Below are positions 32,132 to 41,776 of a stretch of DNA of 64,000 bases, piece by piece (position 1 is the stretch's first letter; each line of letters opens with the position of its first letter). Position numbers and translations under genes: made by a program. The notes under the pieces are model-generated. The model was not told the origin of the DNA. It did no database searches and was given only the letters and a program-made list of their open reading frames with translations. Origin of the DNA: an uncultured delta proteobacterium (GTDB taxonomy: Bacteria > Desulfobacterota > Binatia > UBA9968); NCBI GenBank assembly GCA_963847445.1, contig CAWJZV010000014.1:192001-256000 (forward strand), written 5' to 3'.

Positions 32132-33040
32132 TTAACGCAAAAAATCGAGCAGGCTCGGCTGAATCAGTTGCGAAGCTGACTGGAGGGCGGCCTGAAAGGC
32201 TTGTTGATAGCGGGCAAAATCAGAATACACCGCCAAAGCGTCAGCATCCTCGATTTGCGAGCGGCGTTCGTCATTTTGAATCTTCATGATGCCGATAGCG
32301 TCTTTGGCCACTTGAGCGTTGTTGACGCGGGCGCCAAACTCAGCGCGAAAGCTAAGGATCTGATCGACCGCGATGTCCAAACGGCCGATCTGCGTACGAA
32401 TACCAGAAACACCGCTAACGTCGTTGTTTTGCAACGCCGTTTCCAAATCCAGGCAGATGTCGAAAATATCGACACCCGTCCCGAGGCCCACTCCTTGAAA
32501 CACCTTATCGCCCGGCACATTCATCGGGATCGAACTAGCCGCACTTGTTTGCACCAAAATTTCGCCACTGTCCCCTGAATAGCTCACGACACCGCCACCC
32601 TCGGAAAAAGGCGGCGTCCCGTTGACGAATCCAGCAAAGATAAAACGATTTTCCACTTTTGTGTTGGCAAGACTCAAAACCTGGTTTAACAACTCTCGGA
32701 CTTCCTTGGAGGTTTGCACGCGTTGATCCGGCGAGTTGCTGTCATTGGCCATTGCCAGCGCAAGTTCCTTGGCGCGCACTAAACGGTCTACGACATTGTC
32801 TAGCACGCTATCCGCCTGCTCAAACGCCGGCAGTGCGGTGTTTAGGTTTTTTTCGTATTGCGTGAGTGACTGCTCAAAACCACGCAATTCTAAGACTCGT
32901 GCGGCGCCGATCGGGTCATCGGATAAATGATTGATTCGCCGTCCTGAGGTTACCGCCTCTTGTGTGCGCGCTAATCGCTGGAAAGAGCGCTGCAACCCCT
33001 CGGTGACTTGTGTGGAAATCGTTTGCTGTGTAATCCGCAT
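32132..33040 (-). CDS. flgL: Hook-associated protein 3
   Basis: MRIT..SGRRINHLSDDP, LANTK..RFIFAG, RAEFGARVN, FQAALQ..QPSLLDFLR. Confidence 0.93.
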   Translation of the reverse strand: MRITQQTISTQVTEGLQRSFQRLARTQEAVTSGRRINHLSDDPIGAARVLELRGFEQSLTQYEKNLNTALPAFEQADSVLDNVVDRLVRAKELALAMANDSNSPDQRVQTSKEVRELLNQVLSLANTKVENRFIFAGFVNGTPPFSEGGGVVSYSGDSGEILVQTSAASSIPMNVPGDKVFQGVGLGTGVDIFDICLDLETALQNNDVSGVSGIRTQIGRLDIAVDQILSFRAEFGARVNNAQVAKDAIGIMKIQNDERRSQIEDADALAVYSDFARYQQAFQAALQSASQLIQPSLLDFLR

Positions 33041-33042
33041 GA

Positions 33043-34440
33043 TTAACGCACCATATCGATCAAAGATTGATACATTTCATCGGCCGTGCGCACGAGCATG
33101 GACGACGCTTCGAAGGCCCGCTGAAATTGAATCATCTTGGTCGCCTCTTCATCGAGATTGACTCCCGAAACCGATTCGCGCCGCGACTGGGTTTCGGTCA
33201 ATAGAGCTTGCTGAAAATCGACACGTGATTGTGCCGTCTGAGCCTGCGAACCGATATCGCCTACCAGGGAAAAAAAGTGATCTTCGAAGCTCTGCCCGCC
33301 CAAGGCGGCGATCGTCGTGCCGCGCAGACCGACTAGCGCCAGAGCATTGCGGTTGTCACCGGGTAACGCGGCGGGTGCGGCTGCTGCCGCGAGCAACCGC
33401 GGGTCAGCCGCCAGCGCCGCATCGACAGTGACATTGGCCGCAGCGCCGGCGGTGACGGTAATGGGTGTGAAAAGATTGCCGCCAACGGCGCCGGTTAGAC
33501 CGTAGCCAAGCGCATGCTGGCTATTGACTTCGTCGACCAGGTTCTTGGCCAACAGGTCGACCTCGTCGATGGTCCCTTGAACCTGGGTGTCGCGGGCATC
33601 GAGCAATGAACCGATTTTACCGGCGTTAAATAGCGTGGTGGCGTCAAACGCCGTGCCATCGGGGCTTTGATAGGTCACGAGGTGCAAGCTATTGCCGCCG
33701 ACAGCGTCGCTACTGAGCGTTGCAAAGCGCTCACCGCCGACCAATAGCAGGCCGCCCACGGTGACCATCACCTGACCGTTTTCGGACTCCCGCACCGTCG
33801 CGCCGGTAAGCAAGACCAGCTCTTGCAGCAGCGTCTGGCGCTGGTCACGGAAATCGTTGGCCGCTTCGCCGCGCACTTCGGTAAAAGTGATTCGATTGTT
33901 CAATCCGGCAATCTGCTCGGTCAACACGTTCAACCGCTGCGTGGCGCTGCCGAGATCCTGGTCCAAACCGCGCTGCAATGAAGTCAGCACCTGGCGCGTT
34001 TGCGCCAGCGTGTCGCCCAGCGCACGCGCCTTGCCGATTACGCTCACCCGTTCAGCCAGGCCCGCTGGATTGTTGGCTAGATCGGACAAAGCGCCGAAAA
34101 ATTCGCTGAGCGCGCCGTTAACGCCACCGGTCAAGGGGAAAGCTTCTTGGATGCTATTCAAGGCACGGCTTTGGGTATCGCTGTAACCGACCTCACCATG
34201 AAGACTTAAGAGTTCGGCTTCGACAAAATGGTCGACCACCCGGGAGACACCGGTGGCGTTGACCCCTTGGCCGATAAATACTCCACCGTTAAACGAGGGG
34301 TGGGCGGAAACCAGATCGACCCGTTGACGCGAGAAACCCGGTGTCGCGACATTGGCCAAATTATGACCGGTGGTCTGGATCGCCAACTGCGCTACCTTCA
34401 GAGCTTGCGCGGCGAGGGACAAAGTAGATGTGATACCCAT
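33043..34440 (-). CDS. flgK: Hook-associated protein 1
   Basis: TTGHNLANVATPGFSRQ, GQGV, NDFRDQR, SVSGVNLDEE..FQRAFEAS. Confidence 0.95.
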   Translation of the reverse strand: MGITSTLSLAAQALKVAQLAIQTTGHNLANVATPGFSRQRVDLVSAHPSFNGGVFIGQGVNATGVSRVVDHFVEAELLSLHGEVGYSDTQSRALNSIQEAFPLTGGVNGALSEFFGALSDLANNPAGLAERVSVIGKARALGDTLAQTRQVLTSLQRGLDQDLGSATQRLNVLTEQIAGLNNRITFTEVRGEAANDFRDQRQTLLQELVLLTGATVRESENGQVMVTVGGLLLVGGERFATLSSDAVGGNSLHLVTYQSPDGTAFDATTLFNAGKIGSLLDARDTQVQGTIDEVDLLAKNLVDEVNSQHALGYGLTGAVGGNLFTPITVTAGAAANVTVDAALAADPRLLAAAAAPAALPGDNRNALALVGLRGTTIAALGGQSFEDHFFSLVGDIGSQAQTAQSRVDFQQALLTETQSRRESVSGVNLDEEATKMIQFQRAFEASSMLVRTADEMYQSLIDMVR

Positions 34441-34462
34441 GAAGTTTTACTCTGGCCGGCTG

Positions 34463-34951
34463 CTAGACACGGCTCTGCAGCAAGGTCGATGCCGCCGGCG
34501 CGCTGCCGACAACTCCCGATTCGCCGTAGAGCGATAGCGCTGGCCGGGTTATAGCTCCCAACGCCTCTTGCACATGGGCCGAGATATGGCTCATGACGCT
34601 GTGGAGATTTTGTTGATCGGCCTGTAAACGCGAAAACACCGCGCGGGTGCGATCCTGCAAATCGCTCAGGCGCCTAAACTCCGGCCCGTTTGGCGGCAAG
34701 TCAGCGAGCAGTTGGCGGAGCGTCGTCAAGGCTCGATGCATGCCGGACTGATTCAAGAATTCGCTGCGCTTCTGTTCCAACTCGCTGAGCAGCCGCAACC
34801 AGGATTCACGCGCGGCGATTTGCCCAAGCAGGGCCTCGACGTTCCAATCGACGATCGCCTGTTTCTGCGCCGCCAAGTTATTTTCCAGTTCTTCGGCCAC
34901 CGTGAGTTCCTGTTCGAGGATAGCCGCCAACCGATCTAGTGCAATGCTCAT
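34463..34951 (-). CDS. flgN: FlgN export chaperone
   Basis: Helical 162-aa ORF between flgM and flgK; C-terminal LYGESG. Confidence 0.75.
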   Translation of the reverse strand: MSIALDRLAAILEQELTVAEELENNLAAQKQAIVDWNVEALLGQIAARESWLRLLSELEQKRSEFLNQSGMHRALTTLRQLLADLPPNGPEFRRLSDLQDRTRAVFSRLQADQQNLHSVMSHISAHVQEALGAITRPALSLYGESGVVGSAPAASTLLQSRV

Positions 34952-34960
34952 GGGATGGCC

Positions 34961-35282
34961 CTACTTCTTTTCCAGCAGGCGCATGACTTCGGCGCGCGCG
35001 ATGCTTTTGGCGACCTCGTCCTCGCTGACCTGATATTGGCCGTTGGCGATTTGCTCTTTGAGCGCTTCTACCTTTGCGTTACGCAATTGATCGCCTTTGC
35101 GCGCCAACTCGGCGATTCGTTGCAACTCTCTGGCCTCGGGCGAGATTTTGACGCTGGCCGACTCGCCACTGCGCTGAGCCGCCATCGCATCCTTATTCGA
35201 TGCCCGCAACAGCGGTTTTTTTGTCGTTTTGAACGATCTTAGCGAGATCGCTGCTCTCGGCGCCTTTGGGGGTGATCTTCAT
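34961..35282 (-). CDS. flgM: Anti-sigma28 factor (frameshift near 35200)
   Basis: MKI start with RBS; VKISPEARE, RNAKVEALKEQIANGQYQVSEDEVAKSI. Confidence 0.88.
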
Positions 35283-35304
35283 GTCTTACTCCTCTACAGG
35301 GAAA

Positions 35305-35331
35305 CTATCGGCCAGTCGCTGCCGGACTTTA
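35305..35331 (-). promoter_or_regulatory. sigma28 promoter of flgM
   Basis: TAAAGTCC-N11-GCCGATAG. Confidence 0.85.
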
Positions 35332-35398
35332 AGCCCGCACTGTTTCTTTAAACTGCCAAAAAGACTGCCAAGCTATGCCAAGCCTCGTCGCTACTGTT

Positions 35399-36166
35399 CT
35401 ACACCTTTGAACTAAGCCTCGTACCTTTTGCCGCGGCCGCAAGAAACATTTTGGGATCCACCGCCCGACCATCCAGGCGCGCTTCAAAGTGCAGATGATC
35501 GCCGCTGGCCCGGCCGGTCCGGCCGACCAGCCCAATCTGCCGGCCGGCATCGACCTGATCGCCGACATTGACCAGATTTTTGGAGTTGTGGCCGTAGCGC
35601 GTCACCCAACCGCCACCATGATCGACTTCGATCAGATTGCCGTACCCCGGCATAACGCCGCTAAAAACCACCCGGCCCGGCGCCGCCGCGTGAATCGGCG
35701 CACCAGCCGCCGCCGCAATATCGACGCCGTGATGAAACTTGCGCTGGCCGTCGAATGGATCAGCGCGCACGCCGAAGCTTGAAGAAACCACACCCGGCGC
35801 GGGCAACGAGAGCGGCAGTGGTGTCGCCGGCAACCACGGATCGCTCGCAGGTTGAGTCTTGTTGAGCTCCATGGGGAGACGTTGGAAATTTTTTTCCACC
35901 GCCTTGGCCACGCCACTGGAGTCCCGCCGCGCCACCACACGGGCCACCTCGGCATCCATCATCGAGGTAAAAAAATCGCGCGACATCGATTCGCCCTCTA
36001 CTAGACTCTCCTGTGGCATCGCCGCGCGCATCGCTTTCAAGACCTCTTGATAGAGAAACGCGGTGAACTCCTGAGCCAGCTTGCGCCGCTGGAGCCCATC
36101 GGCCGGCTGTGCCGTCGGGCTGGTCCGCGGCTGCAAGGCAATTGGGTTTGGCAATTTGATTTCCAT
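35399..36166 (-). CDS. flgJ: FlgJ-like rod-binding domain fused to an M23 peptidase
   Basis: AQEFTAFLYQEVLKAMR..FTSMMDAEVA; HHGVD (HxxxD), TRYGHN, HLHFE (HxH); follows flgI. Confidence 0.8.
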   Translation of the reverse strand: MEIKLPNPIALQPRTSPTAQPADGLQRRKLAQEFTAFLYQEVLKAMRAAMPQESLVEGESMSRDFFTSMMDAEVARVVARRDSSGVAKAVEKNFQRLPMELNKTQPASDPWLPATPLPLSLPAPGVVSSSFGVRADPFDGQRKFHHGVDIAAAAGAPIHAAAPGRVVFSGVMPGYGNLIEVDHGGGWVTRYGHNSKNLVNVGDQVDAGRQIGLVGRTGRASGDHLHFEARLDGRAVDPKMFLAAAAKGTRLSSKV

Positions 36167-36184
36167 GATCGTGACTGAATTACG

Positions 36185-37324
36185 CTACATGACGATCAGT
36201 TCAGCTTGCAGCGCGCCGGCTTCGCGCAATGCCTCGAATACCGCGATCAAATCCCGCGGCGTCACACCCAACGAGTTGAGCGCTTGAACAAGTTGATTGA
36301 GCGAGACACCCGCACCGCCGGGCAATTCGACCAATTGCCGGCTTTCCGGCTCTTTGATGGTGACGTTAGTGTCTGGCACCACCACGGTTTGACCACGCCC
36401 CCAGGGATTGGGCTGAGAAACGTTCAAGTCAGTCTTGACCGTAATATGCAGCCCGGCGTGAGCCACTGCCACCGGTGCTATGCGCACATCCTTGCTGATA
36501 ATCACCGTGCCGGTTCGTTCGTTGATGACAATTCGCGCGATGTTGTCAGGGGCAATTTCAACCGATTCCAGGGCGGCGATAAAATCCACGGCTCGATCTT
36601 TGTAATTCTCCGGCAGTCCAACGGTCACGACGCCAGGCGAAAGCGCTTGCGCACCGATCTGCAGCGATCCTTTATTTAAGGCTTCGGCCACCCGCCGCGC
36701 GGTGGTAAAATCTGGCTTGTTCAAATTGATGCGAATTTGTCCCTCGCGCGAAACGACATTGGACGCGATCCCGCGTTCGAGCAACGCGCCGGCGGTTACT
36801 CGTCCCGCGGTCTGGTGGTTCTTGGTAATCTTGGCATTAATCCCAATAGCGGTATAGCCACCGCCTAAACTCACCGGCCCTTGGGCCACGGCGTAGACTT
36901 TGCCATCAGGTCCTTTGAGCGGCGTCAAGAGCAAGATTCCGCCCGATAAGCTCGTGGCATCGCCGATCGAAGAAATAGTTGCGTCGAGTCGGGTTCCCGG
37001 TTGGACAAAAGCCGGCACTTCCGTGGTAACCATCACTGCGGCGACGTTTTTTACGTCCACGTCAGCCGGGTTGAGGCGGAGGCTATAGTCTTGCAGCAGA
37101 TTGGTCAGGCTCTGCACGGTAAATTCGGTGTTCTGCCGATCGCCCGTGCCGTTTAGACCAACCACCAAGCCATAGCCGATCAATTGATTGGCGCGGAACC
37201 CTTCGATCTGAGCCAAATCCTTAAGCCGCGCGGCGCTGGCGTCAAGGCAAAAGACCAAAGGCAAAAGTAAAAATGCCGCCGCACGGACAAACATCAGCCG
37301 CCAAGTCAGGCGTAAAGTTTTCAT
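36185..37324 (-). CDS. flgI: Flagellar P-ring protein
   Basis: ARLKD, NQLIGYGLVVGLNGTGD, KNVAAVMVT, INERTGT, GALQAEL. Confidence 0.96.
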   Translation of the reverse strand: MKTLRLTWRLMFVRAAAFLLLPLVFCLDASAARLKDLAQIEGFRANQLIGYGLVVGLNGTGDRQNTEFTVQSLTNLLQDYSLRLNPADVDVKNVAAVMVTTEVPAFVQPGTRLDATISSIGDATSLSGGILLLTPLKGPDGKVYAVAQGPVSLGGGYTAIGINAKITKNHQTAGRVTAGALLERGIASNVVSREGQIRINLNKPDFTTARRVAEALNKGSLQIGAQALSPGVVTVGLPENYKDRAVDFIAALESVEIAPDNIARIVINERTGTVIISKDVRIAPVAVAHAGLHITVKTDLNVSQPNPWGRGQTVVVPDTNVTIKEPESRQLVELPGGAGVSLNQLVQALNSLGVTPRDLIAVFEALREAGALQAELIVM

Positions 37325-37334
37325 CGAGTTTTGC

Positions 37335-37369
37335 GAATTATGAATTATCAATTTTCCATTTTCCATTCG
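37335..37369. repeat. Heptamer tandem repeat in the flgH-flgI spacer
   Basis: gaattat gaattat caatttt ccatttt ccattcg. Confidence 0.7.
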
Positions 37370-38083
37370 TTAGAACGGCCAGACGAGATCGAACAGCCAG
37401 GTGCCCCAGCCGGATCTTTGCTTGTCAGCCACCACGCCGAGACCGCCGATGGAGATATTGGCGTCGGCCAATTGAGTCGACAGAACAATGTTGTCGCGGC
37501 TTACATCCTGCGGCCGCACGACACCCGTGAGGGTCATAAACTGCTGCTCATGATTGACCAGAACTTCCCGAGTGCCTTGCACAACCAGGTTGCCGTTGGG
37601 CAATACCTCGCGCACCACTGCGGTCATGGTCGCGGTCAGCTGACCGCTGCGGGTTGTCACGCCCGCCCCCTGATGACTGTTCTCCGATGTGGTTGCTAAA
37701 AGGTCCTCGCTTAACTTGAAAAGGTTTAGAAACTTCTTTTTACCGAAGAACGTGCTGAAGCTGGCATTGGCCGAAGAGTTGCGCGACAGGTCGGTGTCTG
37801 CGGTATTGTTCGCCTGCGTGCTTTCAATGATGCGCACGGTGAGGATATCGCCCATCCGTAGAGCTTTTTTATCGGCGTAAAAAAACACGTGATCGTCGGC
37901 CGGCCATAGCGAACCTTGCGACGCCGGTTGATTGCTTTTGGCCGTCACGTCGGTTTGTCCGAGCCGCCCCACTTCTCGGGCCATCTCCAGTTCGCTGGGC
38001 TTGGGAAAAAATCTTTTTTCGATCATCGGCCCACAAGCCGCGAGCGTCAAGGCTAACGGCCAGACTGCAATATATCGGCGCAT
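37370..38083 (-). CDS. flgH: Flagellar L-ring lipoprotein
   Basis: Lipobox LAAC, GSLW, DKKA..GDILTV, VLPNGNL, GVVRPQD, C-terminal WPF. Confidence 0.95.
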   Translation of the reverse strand: MRRYIAVWPLALTLAACGPMIEKRFFPKPSELEMAREVGRLGQTDVTAKSNQPASQGSLWPADDHVFFYADKKALRMGDILTVRIIESTQANNTADTDLSRNSSANASFSTFFGKKKFLNLFKLSEDLLATTSENSHQGAGVTTRSGQLTATMTAVVREVLPNGNLVVQGTREVLVNHEQQFMTLTGVVRPQDVSRDNIVLSTQLADANISIGGLGVVADKQRSGWGTWLFDLVWPF

Positions 38084-38835
38084 CAGTTTACCTTCACGTT
38101 GCGCTCGTCGAGCACCACACCGCGCAACATTTTCCCTGAAGTGAAATTTTTCACCTGAATCAAGTCGCCCATCCTACCGCCCTCTTCGGCGACGCCCTGG
38201 GTTTCTACCCGTAGGCTGCCGGAATCGAAAACCAAGGTTATCGGACTGCCGCGCTTGAGTAGCGTCGGTCGCTCGATGGCGTTGGCGGTAATGACATCGT
38301 CGCTCTGGATGGAGCGGGTGGATTGTTTACCGACTACGTCGTCGAGGCGTGTAAAGAACTGGGCCGTGCGGCTGGTGATTTCGCGCCGCTCCAGGCGCAA
38401 GTCTTTCGCACTGAGAGTTTCTTGGCGCCCGATCGGCCGGGCCGCCACCACCACTTGATCGTAAACCCGAACCTCCGCCTTCACCCAAAAGCGCGCCTCT
38501 TCCTTCGCGCCGACATGGGCAACGATGAGAAAACTCTGCACGCCGGCGCCGCCGCGCGCCGACTGCACCACCCGCAGGCGCGCTACGCCGGCCGGCAGCA
38601 GCACCGGTTGGAACGGCAGCACGCGGAGCTCGAGATTCTCCAGCCGCCGAGGTTCCGCTTGGCGCATATGACGGAGCAGAAGTGCCTCCACCGCGCCGCT
38701 GTCGAGCGGCTGGGTCTGGCTGCCGTCGGCCTGCACCGACAACGCCAAACCGAGCAGTAGCGCCAAGAGCCAGCGGCCGACGCTGGCAACAATTTCTCGC
38801 GGCCGCCCGTAGGTAAACCAGTAAGTAGAATTCAT
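38083..38835 (-). CDS. flgA: P-ring assembly chaperone
   Basis: VVVAARPI, LLKRG..V, G.A.E.G..GDLIQVKN..SGKML. Confidence 0.88.
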   Translation of the reverse strand: MNSTYWFTYGRPREIVASVGRWLLALLLGLALSVQADGSQTQPLDSGAVEALLLRHMRQAEPRRLENLELRVLPFQPVLLPAGVARLRVVQSARGGAGVQSFLIVAHVGAKEEARFWVKAEVRVYDQVVVAARPIGRQETLSAKDLRLERREITSRTAQFFTRLDDVVGKQSTRSIQSDDVITANAIERPTLLKRGSPITLVFDSGSLRVETQGVAEEGGRMGDLIQVKNFTSGKMLRGVVLDERNVKVN

Positions 38836-38847
38836 AAACGCTTACCC

Positions 38848-39636
38848 TTATCCTCGGATCAAGTTGTTGGCCGTCTGCATCATTTCATCGGCGGTGCGAA
38901 TCGCCCGCGAATTGATCTCGTAGGCGCGCTGGCTGGTAATCAAACCGACCATCTCTTCGACCACATTGACGTTGGAACCTTCGACGAAACCTTGGATCAG
39001 CGTGCCCAAGCCATCCCGTCCGGGAGTGCCGACGGTGGCATCGCCGGATGCCTGGGTGGGCAGAAACACGTTGCGACCCTGGCTGAGCAGACCGGCCGGA
39101 TTGATGAAGCGCGCCAGCTCGATGCTGCCAACCTGTTGCGGCTGGGTTTGGCCCGCCACGGAAATTGAGACGATACCGTCGACACCGATTACGACGTTCA
39201 CGGCATTTTGCGGAATGGTGATTTGCGGCTGCAACGTAAACCCGTCGCTGGTTACCATCTGCCCCTGGCTGTTCTTCTTAAATGTGCCGGCGCGGGTGTA
39301 GCCGGTGTCGCCGCTCGGCAGCGTAACTTGAAAAAAACCGTCGCCTTCGATGGCCATATCGAGGGAGTTGCCGGTCTGCTGCATGTCGCCTTTGATGAAC
39401 AGGCGTTGAGTCGCTACCGCCCGGGTGCCATGGCCGACTTGAAATCCTGTGGGGATTTCTTGGCCCTGGGCCGACGACGCGCCGGGAGCCTGTAGAGTTT
39501 CGTAAACCAGATCTTGAAAATCGACCCGGCTACGCTTGAAGCCGGCGGTTTGCACGTTGGCCAGGTTGTTGGCGACCACATCGAGGGTGAGTTGCTGGGC
39601 TTGCATGCCGGTTGCGGCGGTCCATAGTGCGCGCAT
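38848..39636 (-). CDS. flgG: Distal rod protein
   Basis: MRALWTAATGMQAQQ, ANNLANVQTAGFKR, FQDLVY, SNVNVVEEMV..QRAYE. Confidence 0.97.
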   Translation of the reverse strand: MRALWTAATGMQAQQLTLDVVANNLANVQTAGFKRSRVDFQDLVYETLQAPGASSAQGQEIPTGFQVGHGTRAVATQRLFIKGDMQQTGNSLDMAIEGDGFFQVTLPSGDTGYTRAGTFKKNSQGQMVTSDGFTLQPQITIPQNAVNVVIGVDGIVSISVAGQTQPQQVGSIELARFINPAGLLSQGRNVFLPTQASGDATVGTPGRDGLGTLIQGFVEGSNVNVVEEMVGLITSQRAYEINSRAIRTADEMMQTANNLIRG

Positions 39637-39658
39637 TTTGTCCTCGCTTTGCTCGGAA

Positions 39659-39726
39659 TTTCAGGTTACAGATTGCAAATTCCAGATTACCGATCGACCT
39701 TCGTTAATTTTGAATATGTAATTTTG
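39659..39726. repeat. Inverted heptamer arrays in the flgF-flgG spacer
   Basis: tttcagg ttacaga ttgcaaa ttccaga ttaccga ... aattttg aatatgt aattttg; the arms pair 13/16. Confidence 0.65.
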
Positions 39727-39735
39727 GACTATCTT

Positions 39736-40449
39736 CTATCGACTGTTATCGCTGAGAATTTTCTCGGTTATCGAATCGAGCAGCTTCATCGCCCGCTGGT
39801 AGCTTTCGAACTGGCGATTGATGCTGATCAAGGCGACCATACTATCGACGGCACCGACGTTGGATTGTTCGAGATGCCCCTGGACGACGCGCGCGTCGTC
39901 GGCGAGGGTGACGTTGGCGACATCGCTGCGAAACAGATTCGCGCCCTCTTTCTCCGCTTTACCGGCGTCTTTAAAGCGCACCATGCGCAGTTTGCCGATT
40001 TCGTTGTCATCCGAACGCACCGTACCGTCAGCGGCGACCTCCATCGACGCGCCGTCCAACTGGATAGGTCCGCCCTCGCCGAGCAGCGGATCGCCGCCTG
40101 GCGTGATCACCGTGCCATCGGCTCGCAGGGTAAAGCCGCCGTTGCGCGTGTAGCGCTCGCCGCGCGGCGTTTGAATAACAAAATAACCGTCCCCTTCGAG
40201 GGCCAGATGAAAGGGGTTGCCGCTGCCTTCAATGGCGCCCTGGTGCAGATTGGTGCGTTGGCCGGCGACCGCGACGAAGCCGCCGGGCCGGTCCTCCGGC
40301 GCCACCCGCTTAGCCAGCACCTCGCTGAAAGCCAAACGCTGTCCCTTGTAGCCCGCCGTGTTGATGTTGGCTAAATCCTGCGACGCGGTTTCGAGCCGGC
40401 GCATCTCCACCACCGCGCCGGAGAGAGCTTTATACATCGCTGCTTCCAT
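39736..40449 (-). CDS. flgF: Proximal rod protein
   Basis: LANINTAGYK, GNPFHLALEGDGYF, RYTRNG, QGHLEQSNV. Confidence 0.92.
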   Translation of the reverse strand: MEAAMYKALSGAVVEMRRLETASQDLANINTAGYKGQRLAFSEVLAKRVAPEDRPGGFVAVAGQRTNLHQGAIEGSGNPFHLALEGDGYFVIQTPRGERYTRNGGFTLRADGTVITPGGDPLLGEGGPIQLDGASMEVAADGTVRSDDNEIGKLRMVRFKDAGKAEKEGANLFRSDVANVTLADDARVVQGHLEQSNVGAVDSMVALISINRQFESYQRAMKLLDSITEKILSDNSR

Positions 40450-40464
40450 GTCAGTTACCTCAAA

Positions 40465-40479
40465 GCAATCCGCGTACCC
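40465..40479 (-). promoter_or_regulatory. sigma54 promoter of the flgF operon
   Basis: GGGTACGCGGATTGC (GG-N10-GC). Confidence 0.6.
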
Positions 40480-40500
40480 TGACGCGGCAAACTGCGGTTT

Positions 40501-41100
40501 CTAGGCATTGATGCCGCTAAAATGGTGTAACTCGTTTTCCCGTTTCGCCGCCTCGCTCGTCGCCTTGCGAATGACATCGACCAAGCGCATCGGATCGGCG
40601 GCATTTTTTTCCCTGGGGGCGGCAATTTTTGTCTGGGGCTGGCTCTCCCGCTTTGGACTTGGCTCCTCGCCGCCTTTGCGCGCCGCCGGGCTTCGCTCTT
40701 TGATCGTCATCCGTTGCAGCTCACGGACGAGCTGGACCTGCGGTAAGGGCAGATTGAGCATCGACGCGACCCGCTGCGGTTCCTGGCCATCGCCAAGCAG
40801 CAACGCGGCGGCGGCGTATTGCTCCTTTTTCTCCCCCCCCGGCTGCAACGTCAGCGCGCGCAGTCTTTGCTCGGCGCTCTCGGCGCGGGTAAGCAAGGAT
40901 TCGAGATTTTTTTGCACCAGCTGGAGGGATTGAAAAAAACTCGCGTTGCTCAGCTCGGCCGCGCGCAGCACGTCTTCCAGTTGCGCGACACTGTCGTTTT
41001 TCATCTCGACACCGGCTTTGCGCCGGCGCCATTTGAGGGCGCATAAAGCCACCAGACCCAAACTGAGAACCGCGCTGACAAATATCATCATGTCCGTCAT
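40501..41100 (-). CDS. Membrane-anchored DUF2802/SwrB-like protein, paralog 2
   Basis: RBS AAGGAG; N-terminal TM, coiled coil, QYAAAALLLGDGQEPQRVASMLNLPLPQVQLV. Confidence 0.65.
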   Translation of the reverse strand: MTDMMIFVSAVLSLGLVALCALKWRRRKAGVEMKNDSVAQLEDVLRAAELSNASFFQSLQLVQKNLESLLTRAESAEQRLRALTLQPGGEKKEQYAAAALLLGDGQEPQRVASMLNLPLPQVQLVRELQRMTIKERSPAARKGGEEPSPKRESQPQTKIAAPREKNAADPMRLVDVIRKATSEAAKRENELHHFSGINA

Positions 41101-41159
41101 GATTGGACTCCTTTCAAGTTTGAGCGCCCCGGCCGACTGGCCGAAGCGCGCCTGAGAGT

Positions 41160-41734
41160 TGTTGTTGCCATAGGATGCCTGCGTGATTACGCCGGCGCCG
41201 TTAAGCGCGTGCGCCGGCTCAACGATGTCGGTGAGCAGTACCGGCTGGGGTCTCGCTTTGGCCGAGCGCGTCAGGGCTTTTCTTTTTGCCGTTCTTGCCG
41301 GCTGCGGCGGCTCGACCTCGGGATTCGTCTTTACGCCGGTGCCGAGGATTCTTCTGAGGTCGCCAATCATCTCCACTTGGGCAAGCGGCAAGCCGAGCAC
41401 GCCGGCGATCCGGTCGCCGTCAAGTCCGGCGGCGAACAGCAGCGCCGCCGCCTCGTAGTGTTGCCGGCGCTCCGGCAGCGGCGCTGCCATGAGACTATCG
41501 AGCTTGCGCTCGACCGCCGTCGTGCGCTGGTCCAACGAAGATAAACTATCGTGCAGCTTCTCCAAGCCATTCAAGCAGGTCTGCTGCGTCTAGAGCCGCA
41601 AGCCGCGCCGGTTCCTCCCCTCGCTGAGGCTCCACAGCGCCGCGCTTTTGCGCCGCGGCGCGCTGGCGCCTGAACAACAAGACGATCGCCGCCAGTAACA
41701 ACCCCGCTGAAAGTTCGACAATGATTATTTCCAT
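41160..41734 (-). CDS. Membrane-anchored DUF2802/SwrB-like protein, paralog 1 (frameshift near 41575; 3' end uncertain)
   Basis: RBS AAGGAG; MEIIIVELSAGLLLAAIVLLF TM; HYEAAALLFAAGLDGDRIAGVLGLPLAQVEMI. Confidence 0.6.
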
Positions 41735-41776
41735 ACGGTTCTCCTTCTTCTTGACTGCTTCATGGGCGTTTCGCAC

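Noticed and set aside
35350-35385. Triple tgcca repeat upstream of flgM as a sigma54 promoter
   Set aside because: GG-GC spacings are 9 or 11 nt, not 10, and a good sigma28 motif already explains flgM.
40501-41574. Single 357-aa protein with a duplicated domain
   Set aside because: A strong internal RBS, an ATG at 41100 and a new TM segment indicate two genes.
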